In this document: one piece after another, positions 55,963 through 62,905 of the stretch
How positions within the stretch are numbered: position 1 is the first letter of the stretch
Layout: each line of letters opens with the position of its first letter
Source: Patescibacteria group bacterium
GTDB taxonomy: Bacteria; Patescibacteriota; Patescibacteriia; JAQUQO01
Length of the DNA: 64,000 nt
Direction: 5' to 3'
NCBI GenBank assembly: GCA_028716045.1
Contig: JAQUQO010000001.1
Location: 64,942-128,941, forward strand
Notes under the pieces: generated by a model
Told to the model about the DNA's origin: nothing
The model's input: the letters and a program-made list of their open reading frames with translations, nothing else
Database searches by the model: none
Program-made: the position numbers and the translations under genes

Positions 55963-56220
55963 ATGTTTTATGTATATTTGTTGTTATTAATTAACGGGGA
56001 TATCTACAAAGGATTTAGCGGCGACTTAAAAAGGAGATTAGAAGAGCACGACAGGGGAAAGGTAGGAGCGACTAGAAATTTTAGACCCGCAAAACTAATT
56101 GGTTATGAAGCATATCTACTAAAAAGCGATGCCGTAAGAAGAGAGGCGTTTTTAAAAACCACGGAGGGCAGAAGATTGCTAAAACAACAGTACAGAGATA
56201 TTATTGATAAAGGTAAATAA
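55963..56220 (+). CDS. Small GIY-YIG nuclease
   Basis: FYVYLL..IYKG..DLKRRLEEH..G..T..RP..L..YE...A..RE..LK. Confidence 0.92.
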   Translation: MFYVYLLLLINGDIYKGFSGDLKRRLEEHDRGKVGATRNFRPAKLIGYEAYLLKSDAVRREAFLKTTEGRRLLKQQYRDIIDKGK

Positions 56221-56225
56221 AATTT

Positions 56226-56313
56226 GGAGAGGTGGCCGAGTTGGCTGAAGGCGGCACACTGCTAACGTGTTGAGGGGTAAAACCTTCCGCGGGTTCGAAT
56301 CCCGCCCTCTCCG
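56226..56313 (+). tRNA. tRNA-Ser(GCT)
   Basis: GGAGAGG/CCTCTCC acceptor, CTGCTAA anticodon loop, long variable arm, GCGGG-TTCGAAT-CCCGC T arm, G discriminator. Confidence 0.93.
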
Positions 56314-56335
56314 CAACGGAATTTAAGGGAGTGGA

Positions 56336-56490
56336 GGAGAGAGCCCCGCAACTGCTTGCGGGGCGTGGTGGGTTCGAAGACCGCAGCCATGTCCGAGGAG
56401 ATTTTCGGCGACGAGGACGGCGAGGGGCGGTCTGCGACCGAGGAGGCGGAAGCCGACGAGAGTTGTAGACGAATCCCGCCCTCTCCGCCA
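56336..56490 (+). other. tRNA-Ser-derived shell with structured insert in the T-loop; repeats the tRNA 3' end with CCA
   Basis: GGAGAG..hairpin..GGGTTCGAA-[insert]-CGAATCCCGCCCTCTCCGCCA; 56470-56490 duplicates the 3' end of the 56226 tRNA. Confidence 0.7.
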
Positions 56491-56526
56491 ACCAGAAAAA
56501 AAGACGGTTTTAATCTTACATTTTAG

Positions 56527-56694
56527 GGAGGCGCGGTAAAGCGGTTGAATGTACCAGTCTTGAATCCGCCCCAGAGCGGTGGGATGGCTGAGCGGTTTAA
56601 GGCGACGGTCTTGAAAACCGTTAGAGATGAAAGTCTCTCGTGAGTTCGAATCTCACTCCCACCGCCTTAGGGCGGACGAATCCTCCCGCCTCCG
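56527..56694 (+). pseudogene. Outer tRNA-Ser(TGA) remnant enclosing a complete tRNA
   Basis: 5' GGAGGCG..GCGGTTGAA..CCAGTCTTGAA and 3' CGAATCCTCC-CGCCTCC-G. The acceptor strands are complementary and the middle is replaced by a tccgccc..gggcgga-bounded cassette. Confidence 0.7.
56578..56664 (+). tRNA. tRNA-Ser(TGA)
   Basis: GGTGGGA/TCCCACC acceptor, ACGGT-CTTGAAA-ACCGT anticodon arm, long variable arm, GTGAG-TTCGAAT-CTCAC T arm. Confidence 0.95.
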
Positions 56695-56743
56695 CCCGAG
56701 ATTGTTGAGGCGGAGTAAAAAAAGTTATTTTTAATTTAAAAAT

Positions 56744-57244
56744 ATGGAGGAGGTTAAAGAGAGAAAAAATAAATACGAAAATACCCTGATGTCCTGGAGT
56801 TTTCCGGAGTCGGAAAGCTATGAAAGGGGATGGTTGTGGTATGCCGGTGTTTTATTTTTTGGCTTATTATTTTTGATTTATGCCGTTTGGGTGAATAATT
56901 ACCTTTTTGTTTTAATTGTCCTTATTGCTATCATTATAATGTTCACGTATTCTGTCAAAGAACCGGAAGAAGTTAATTTTGTCATAACCGATGAAGGGGT
57001 GGGAGTGAATAGTAAGTTTTATTCCTTTGAGCAGTTAAAAAATTTTTGGATTGTTTATAACCCCCCGTTGGTAAAAAAATTGTTTTTGGAGTTTAAAAGC
57101 AGTATCAGGCCAGAGTTAACGGTTAATTTAGGGGACCAGAACCCGTTAAAAGTAAGGGAAGTTTTGCTGAAACACATAGAAGAAAATTTAGAGAGAGAAG
57201 AAGAGCCGTTTTCCGATGAAGTTGCGCGTTGGTTAAAAATATAG
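56744..57244 (+). CDS. Conserved CPR-type membrane protein (2 TM + PH-like domain)
   Basis: WSFPE..ERGWLWY, two TMs, ITDEGV..FYSF..FWI. Confidence 0.7.
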   Translation: MEEVKERKNKYENTLMSWSFPESESYERGWLWYAGVLFFGLLFLIYAVWVNNYLFVLIVLIAIIIMFTYSVKEPEEVNFVITDEGVGVNSKFYSFEQLKNFWIVYNPPLVKKLFLEFKSSIRPELTVNLGDQNPLKVREVLLKHIEENLEREEEPFSDEVARWLKI

Positions 57245-57270
57245 AAAATCAATACTCAAATCCTAATTTC

Positions 57271-57300
57271 TCTCCCTTCGGGAGATCCCTCATGGGGGGG
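57271..57300. repeat. Tandem short hairpin element
   Basis: tctccc-ttc-gggaga followed by tccctc-atg-gggggg. Confidence 0.55.
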
Positions 57301-57361
57301 CAGTGTCAAATAGCTTGAACAATTTGACAGCCGGTGTTAGGATTTTGTAGTTTATATATAC

Positions 57362-57436
57362 GCTCTCGTCGTTCAATGGATAGGACGCAAGATTGCGGAT
57401 CTTGCAATGCAGGTTCGATTCCTGCCGGGAGCACCA
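57362..57436 (+). tRNA. tRNA-Arg(GCG)
   Basis: GCTCTCG/CGGGAGC acceptor, CAAGA-TTGCGGA-TCTTG anticodon arm, GCAGG-TTCGATT-CCTGC T arm, encoded CCA. Confidence 0.94.
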
Positions 57437-57447
57437 GAAATTAAAAT

Positions 57448-58083
57448 ATGAATAACTATTTTGAAAATTATATCAGGGCAGTTAAGAAACCACTACCGGA
57501 GATGGTCGAATATTTTGAAAAGGAGAATAATTATTTAAAAGAGCTAGTAGATAAAAATAGCAAGGTTCTTGATGTTGGTTGCGGCAATGGCCGTACTATG
57601 AAATTTTTATCTCCTTTCGTTAGAGAAATTGTTGGTATAGATTATGATGAAAATATGATAAAAGAAGCAGAGAAAAATTTGGCGGCCAATAAGAATGTCA
57701 AACTTTTGCTCGAAGATTTTTTTAGAACTAATTTTAAAGATAAATTTGATTTGACTTTCGCTTCTTATAATTTATTAGGGTCGAGCGAGATACTAGAAAA
57801 TCAGAAAGAAGTTTTTATAAATAAAATGGTGGATAATACAAATCCCGGCGGGCACACTGTATTTTCTGTTTGGAGTGATAAAGGGTTAGATTTTGCTAAA
57901 AAATATTATTCCTCTATAGGAGATATGGTTAAAGATATTAGAAATAATATTGTTATTACTAACGTAGGAGAATTTAAGAGGTTCACTAAAAAAGAATTAA
58001 CAAAATTAGCTAACCGAGTTACTGATAATTTTAAGATTACTGAATTGGCAGGCATATTTTATTTATTAGATATTAAAGTTTAG
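57448..58083 (+). CDS. Class I SAM-dependent methyltransferase
   Basis: VLDVGCGNG, VGID, FDL, PGG; visibly AT-rich. Confidence 0.88.
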   Translation: MNNYFENYIRAVKKPLPEMVEYFEKENNYLKELVDKNSKVLDVGCGNGRTMKFLSPFVREIVGIDYDENMIKEAEKNLAANKNVKLLLEDFFRTNFKDKFDLTFASYNLLGSSEILENQKEVFINKMVDNTNPGGHTVFSVWSDKGLDFAKKYYSSIGDMVKDIRNNIVITNVGEFKRFTKKELTKLANRVTDNFKITELAGIFYLLDIKV

Positions 58084-58089
58084 GGTCAT

Positions 58090-60228
58090 ATGTTTGTTCT
58101 TGCCACCCCAGTATCCCATTTGACCCGCGTTGGCAGGGTTACAGCTAAGCAATTAGAGAAGATAGGCATTGAGACCGTTGAGGATCTCATTTTTTATTAT
58201 CCTTTTCGCTATGACGATTTAAGCCGGGTTTTGACCATAGATAAGTTATTCCCCGGGGTTGAGGCGACCGTTCGGGGGCGGGTAGAGCTCATAAAAAATC
58301 GCCGCAGTCCGGTGAAAAAGAAAATCCTCACCGAAGCCATTGTTTCCGATGACACCGGCTCCCTCAAGGTTGTTTGGTTTAATCAGCCGTTTTTAACTAA
58401 AAATATCAGGCCCGGTGATGTGATTTATTTGGCTGGCAAGGCGAACTTTGATTATCGGGAGATAGAATTCGTCAATCCGGTATATGAAATAGTAAGAAGA
58501 GGAGCGCCCTTGAATACCGCGGCTATTGTGCCGGTTTATCATCTGACTGGCAGGATAACCCAAAAGCAATTGCGTTTTTTAATTAAACATTCATTGGACT
58601 TCATCGGCGAAGTGCCGGAATGGTTGCCTAAAGATATTATTAAAAGACGCGATTTTATTTCTATCACCGAGGCCCTAAGGCAAATTCATTTTCCCGCGTC
58701 TTGGGCGGAAGTGGAAGAAGCGGAGTCCAGATTAAAGTTTGACGAACTATTTTTATTTCAGCTTTTGGCCCAAAGGATAAAACATTTATTAAAAAAGAGT
58801 CGGGCTATCCCGATTGAATTTAAGAAAAGACAAACCGTAAAATTTGTAAATAGCTTGCCGTTTAAGCTCACTAATGACCAACGTTTGGCCGCTTGGGAAA
58901 TTATCAAGGATTTAGAGGGCGATAGGCCGATGAACCGATTACTTGAAGGTGATGTGGGTTCCGGCAAAACCGTGGTGGCTGCCATGGCGATGCTCAATGT
59001 CGTTTTAAATAAACACCAAGCGGCTTTGATGGCCGCCACGGACATTTTGGCGCGACAGCATTATAAAACCATTTGTAAATTGTTGGCCGATTTTAATATA
59101 AAAATCGGGCTGGTGACGAGAAGCGAGAAGAAGATAAATTATAAATTAGGAGCTAGAAATCCAGTAGGGGGTAAAAAAAATTTTGATTCAAGATTCGTAA
59201 CTCATAATTCGGATATAATTATCGGCACGCACGCTTTAATTTCCGCCAAAGGCGCCGTGCCCGCCGACAGGCACGGACCCGCCTCTGGCGGGCAGGATAA
59301 AATTGAGTTTAAGAATTTAGCCCTTACCATTATTGACGAACAACATCGTTTCGGCGTGGAACAAAGAAAGTTTTTAAAAGCCAATAGCGGCCAATCCGGA
59401 ATTACTCCTCATTTTCTATCTATGACCGCCACGCCCATACCGCGCTCTTTGGCCCTTGCTCTATATGGCGATTTGGATTTATCTATCATTAAAGAAATGC
59501 CCAAAGGAAGGAAGAAGATATTAACCAAAATTGTTGACTCCAAAAATCGAAGCGGGGCTTACGAGTTTATCAGAGAAAAAGTAAAAGAGGGGAGGCAGGT
59601 TTTTGTCATTTGCCCGTTGATTAATCCGTCTGATAAATTAGGCGTAAAATCAGTAGCTGAAGAATATCAAAAATTAAGGAAAGATATTTTTCCAGAATTT
59701 AAAATAGAAGCTCTGCACGGCAAATTACCAAGCGCGGCCAAAGAGAAAATTATGACCGAGTTTTCGGAAAATAAAATAAATGTTTTAGTTTCCACTTCGG
59801 TGGTGGAAGTCGGTATTGATGTTCCCAACGCCACGATTATGATGATTGAAGGAGCGGAAAGATTCGGGCTGGCCCAACTTCATCAGTTTCGCGGGCGCGT
59901 GGGCAGAGGAGAACACCAATCTTATTGTTTGCTTTTCAGTGACAATCTTGTTGGGCAAACTAAAGAAAGATTGCGCGCCTTAGTCAGTAGTAACGACGGC
60001 TTTGCTTTGGCTGAAAAGGATTTGGCTTTAAGGGGCCCAGGGGAGGTTTATGGCACGCAACAGTCGGGGATTATTGATTTAAAATTAGCCAAATTAACCG
60101 ATTTTTTAATTATTAAACAAGCCAAAGAAGAAGCGGAAAAGATTATTGCCGACGACCCGGAATTTAAAAAGTACGCGGAGATAAAAGCTCGGCTAAGATT
60201 AGCGGAAGAAGCGGTTCATTTGGAATAG
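58090..60228 (+). CDS. recG: ATP-dependent DNA helicase RecG
   Basis: YPFRYDD, OB fold, GDVGSGKT, IDEQHRFG, MTATPIPR, QLHQFRGRVGRG, DLALRGPGE. Confidence 0.97.
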   Translation: MFVLATPVSHLTRVGRVTAKQLEKIGIETVEDLIFYYPFRYDDLSRVLTIDKLFPGVEATVRGRVELIKNRRSPVKKKILTEAIVSDDTGSLKVVWFNQPFLTKNIRPGDVIYLAGKANFDYREIEFVNPVYEIVRRGAPLNTAAIVPVYHLTGRITQKQLRFLIKHSLDFIGEVPEWLPKDIIKRRDFISITEALRQIHFPASWAEVEEAESRLKFDELFLFQLLAQRIKHLLKKSRAIPIEFKKRQTVKFVNSLPFKLTNDQRLAAWEIIKDLEGDRPMNRLLEGDVGSGKTVVAAMAMLNVVLNKHQAALMAATDILARQHYKTICKLLADFNIKIGLVTRSEKKINYKLGARNPVGGKKNFDSRFVTHNSDIIIGTHALISAKGAVPADRHGPASGGQDKIEFKNLALTIIDEQHRFGVEQRKFLKANSGQSGITPHFLSMTATPIPRSLALALYGDLDLSIIKEMPKGRKKILTKIVDSKNRSGAYEFIREKVKEGRQVFVICPLINPSDKLGVKSVAEEYQKLRKDIFPEFKIEALHGKLPSAAKEKIMTEFSENKINVLVSTSVVEVGIDVPNATIMMIEGAERFGLAQLHQFRGRVGRGEHQSYCLLFSDNLVGQTKERLRALVSSNDGFALAEKDLALRGPGEVYGTQQSGIIDLKLAKLTDFLIIKQAKEEAEKIIADDPEFKKYAEIKARLRLAEEAVHLE
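59242..59292 (+). repeat. In-frame nested palindromic insertion in recG (SAKGAVPADRHGPASGG)
   Basis: 51 nt splitting GTHALI|QDKIEF: tccgccaaaggcg[ccgtgcccgccgacaggcacg]gacccgcctctggcggg. Confidence 0.8.
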
Positions 60229-60236
60229 TTAAAAGT

Positions 60237-60265
60237 TTGACAAGATTGAAAGGGTATGTTAACAT
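60237..60265 (+). promoter_or_regulatory. Sigma70-type promoter
   Basis: TTGACA-17 bp-TAACAT with an extended TGn. Confidence 0.65.
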
Positions 60266-60320
60266 AAAAACATCGTTCTTTCTAATCCCCAAATTAAACA
60301 ATGGAAAAAGGAGGTTTTCA

Positions 60321-60821
60321 ATGTCAATGTCGGGAAAAAATGGTAATGGGAACAATGGCAATGACCGCAGGGTAAAGATTAAGGGAATTATGAGTGCAGA
60401 CGTCGGAAAGTCAGCGTTTTGTGGTAAATCACGAGAAGTAATCCCCTCGTATGAACCAAGATTCCCGTTTTTTGTGTGCGTGATTAAACCCGATCCATTT
60501 AAAGGGATAATGGTATCGCTCGGACGCAATTTCCCGGAGATAAAAAATCGGCTTTGTTCCGCGATAAATGGGAAAAAGCGGGAAAGTAAGGAGGAAGGAA
60601 TAGCGGTAAGAAAAATTTTAAAAGCGGAAGATACGACGACGTTAGTGGAGGGGTTGAATAAACTGGGTCGCCTTATTATAAAAGGTACGATTAAAAAAAA
60701 GAGGGCCCGAACCAATTATATCCGTCCTTTCAGTGAGGCGCTGAGGATTTATTTTGATGACTACGAGGAACAGCAGAAGTTTTCCCCCTCGTTGCATTTT
60801 GGGTCCTCAGTCACATTATAA
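60321..60821 (+). CDS. Hypothetical protein (standalone, own promoter/SD/terminator)
   Basis: ATG at 60321 after AGGAGG; no recognisable motif. Confidence 0.55.
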   Translation: MSMSGKNGNGNNGNDRRVKIKGIMSADVGKSAFCGKSREVIPSYEPRFPFFVCVIKPDPFKGIMVSLGRNFPEIKNRLCSAINGKKRESKEEGIAVRKILKAEDTTTLVEGLNKLGRLIIKGTIKKKRARTNYIRPFSEALRIYFDDYEEQQKFSPSLHFGSSVTL

Positions 60822-60850
60822 ATTAAGTGCTTAGCGGGGATTTAAAACAT

Positions 60851-60894
60851 AAAACCGTCTCGTCCCGAGTACTCGGGGTTTGAGCGGTTTTTTT
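60851..60894. terminator. Bidirectional terminator containing an internal palindrome
   Basis: aaaaccg..cggtttt stem enclosing cccgagtactcggg (60864-60877). Confidence 0.65.
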
Positions 60895-60911
60895 ATTTGC
60901 ACCTTCATTTA

Positions 60912-61472
60912 TTATTTAGATATCGCCGGACTGTTTTTTAGATAAAATCTCCAGGGTTTGTGTTTCCATTCCTCGGCATAATCAATGCCGATTCGTTTGG
61001 CGGATTTAATTTGGCGTTTATTATTTTTTTCTCCTTCCGTAATATAAAGCTCGTCGCCGTTTAATTTTTTTCCATTTAATTTTTTATCAATTTTCATTTC
61101 GCGGCAAAGTTTTCCCGGGCCATCCATTAATTTGGGATTATTATTTTTAAATCCGGCGACTGGTTCTAAGACGCGGATGAGCACAGCCGCCGGATAATTT
61201 CTATTTTCCGTGACGATATTAAAACAATAGTACATACCGTAGATTAAATAAATATAAGCCCGGCCGGCTTCGCCAAACATCAATTCCGTGCGCGGTGTGC
61301 GGCCGCGGGAAGCGTGGCTGGCCTTGTCTTCCGGACCGACATAGGCCTCGGTTTCCACAATCCGGCCGACTAATTTTTTCTTGCCGATTTTTCGCACCAG
61401 ATATTTCCCCAGTAATTTTTTAGCGACTTTTAGAGTCGGCTGATTATAAAATTTTGGAGGCAGTTTTTTCAT
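60912..61472 (-). CDS. mpg: DNA-3-methyladenine glycosylase (AAG/MPG family)
   Basis: VAKKLLG, IVETEAY, YIYLIYGMYYCFNIV, AVLIR, GPGKLC, RIGI, WRFY. Confidence 0.94.
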   Translation of the reverse strand: MKKLPPKFYNQPTLKVAKKLLGKYLVRKIGKKKLVGRIVETEAYVGPEDKASHASRGRTPRTELMFGEAGRAYIYLIYGMYYCFNIVTENRNYPAAVLIRVLEPVAGFKNNNPKLMDGPGKLCREMKIDKKLNGKKLNGDELYITEGEKNNKRQIKSAKRIGIDYAEEWKHKPWRFYLKNSPAISK

Positions 61473-61480
61473 AAGAAAAT

Positions 61481-61526
61481 CCCGACCGAAGTCTGCTTGC
61501 CAATAAGGCAGGCGCTGTGGGTCGGG
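61481..61526. repeat. Nested hairpin element between radA and mpg
   Basis: cccgacc..ggtcggg enclosing gtctgctt..aggcaggc. Confidence 0.6.
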
Positions 61527-61558
61527 TGGGAAGTTTTAGATAATTTAAATTCTTATTC

Positions 61559-62899
61559 TTATAACAATTCCAAAGCTTGAAACAGTGAAGTGGCTTCTAT
61601 CAGTTTCAATTTAGTCGTGATTTTCTGGCTTAATTTAGGTAAAATGACCGTTTTAAATCCCAATTTTTCTATCTCCTTTAATCGTCTCTCCAGTTGATTT
61701 ATGCCGCGTATTTCCCCACCAAGGCCTATTTCCCCTAAAATGACCGTATTCGCGTCTAAACCCTTATTTTTGGCCGCTGAAGCAATGGCCAGGGCCACGG
61801 CCAGGTCCGCAGCCGGTTCCTGGATTTTTAGCCCGCCGGCGACGTTCAGATAGACATCGGAAGCATTAAGATTTATTTTAGCCCTTTGAGTTAATACGGC
61901 AATTAAAACCTGCAGGCGGTTAGGGTTAAAGCCCTCGGATTTTCTTTGGGGATAGCCGAAGTTAGTTCTATTTACCAGCGCCTGTATTTCTACAAGGAGC
62001 GGACGCGAACCCTCTAAAATACAGGTGATTGCTGAACCCGGTGACGGAGTATTTTTATTTTGTAAAAAGATTAAAGATGGATTTTTTACTTCTTCCATAC
62101 CACCGCCCGTCATTTCAAAAACGCCGACTTCGCCGGCGGAGCCAAAGCGATTTTTCACCGTGCGAAGCAGACGATAAGATTGATAACGCTCGCCTTCCAG
62201 ATAAATTACGGTATCAACCAAGTGTTCCAAAGTTTTTGGTCCGGCTACCAATCCTTCCTTCGTCACGTGTCCGATGATGAATACAGGGATATTATTTTTT
62301 TTGGCGGTTTCCAGAAGTCTGACCGTGGAAGCCCGGACTTGGCTGATGCTTCCGGCCTCGCTCGGAATATCCGGAGAGTAAATCGTTTGGATGGAATCAA
62401 TAATCGCGAGAATGGGCTTTTCTTTTTCCAGAGTGGCCACGATGGCGTTAACATCTGTTTCTCCTAAAAATGAAATATTTTTTCCGGAGAGTTTTAGCCG
62501 CTCCAAACGCAGTTTAATTTGTTCTCCAGATTCCTCACCGGAAACATAAAGCACGTTTCTGGTGTCGGACACCTTCGCGGCGATTTGGAGAATCAATGTT
62601 GATTTGCCGATTCCCGGTTCCCCGCCCAGAAGAGTTAAACTGCCCGGAACAATCCCTCCGCCGACGACTGCGTCAAATTCTTCCAAGCTGGTTTTTATTC
62701 TGGGGAATTGCAGGTGGTTTATTTCGGAAAATTTTACAGTTTTGCCGGCCACCGCCAGGGATTTTTTTTCTTCCTTAGTCGTAGTCGTCGCCACTTGTTC
62801 CAGCGTGCCCCAAGCCCCGCATTCCAAACACCGCCCGCCCCATTTTGGAGTTTGCGCGCCGCATTTGGAACATTCATATATTAAAAAGGATTTTGGCAT
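61559..62899 (-). CDS. radA: DNA repair protein RadA/Sms
   Basis: CSKC..WGGRCLEC, GEPGIGKST, IDSIQT, KNRFG, Lon-like C-terminus. Confidence 0.97.
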   Translation of the reverse strand: MPKSFLIYECSKCGAQTPKWGGRCLECGAWGTLEQVATTTTKEEKKSLAVAGKTVKFSEINHLQFPRIKTSLEEFDAVVGGGIVPGSLTLLGGEPGIGKSTLILQIAAKVSDTRNVLYVSGEESGEQIKLRLERLKLSGKNISFLGETDVNAIVATLEKEKPILAIIDSIQTIYSPDIPSEAGSISQVRASTVRLLETAKKNNIPVFIIGHVTKEGLVAGPKTLEHLVDTVIYLEGERYQSYRLLRTVKNRFGSAGEVGVFEMTGGGMEEVKNPSLIFLQNKNTPSPGSAITCILEGSRPLLVEIQALVNRTNFGYPQRKSEGFNPNRLQVLIAVLTQRAKINLNASDVYLNVAGGLKIQEPAADLAVALAIASAAKNKGLDANTVILGEIGLGGEIRGINQLERRLKEIEKLGFKTVILPKLSQKITTKLKLIEATSLFQALELL

Positions 62900-62905
62900 A
62901 AAATT

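Noticed and set aside
37935-56490. T4SS plus tRNA 3'-end duplication read as an integrative conjugative element
   Set aside because: No integrase, relaxase or coupling protein is present. The duplicated tRNA end brackets only ~156 bp, and the T4SS sits among core genes as is typical for Patescibacteria.
56201-56491. 96-aa minus-strand ORF (and the similar 10074-10331 ORF)
   Set aside because: These are antisense translations of tRNA genes (AERAGFEP and RARTRD-like signatures).
56578-56664. TGA in the anticodon loop as a suppressor or Sec tRNA
   Set aside because: Anticodon TGA reads UCA (Ser). A UGA suppressor would need anticodon TCA.
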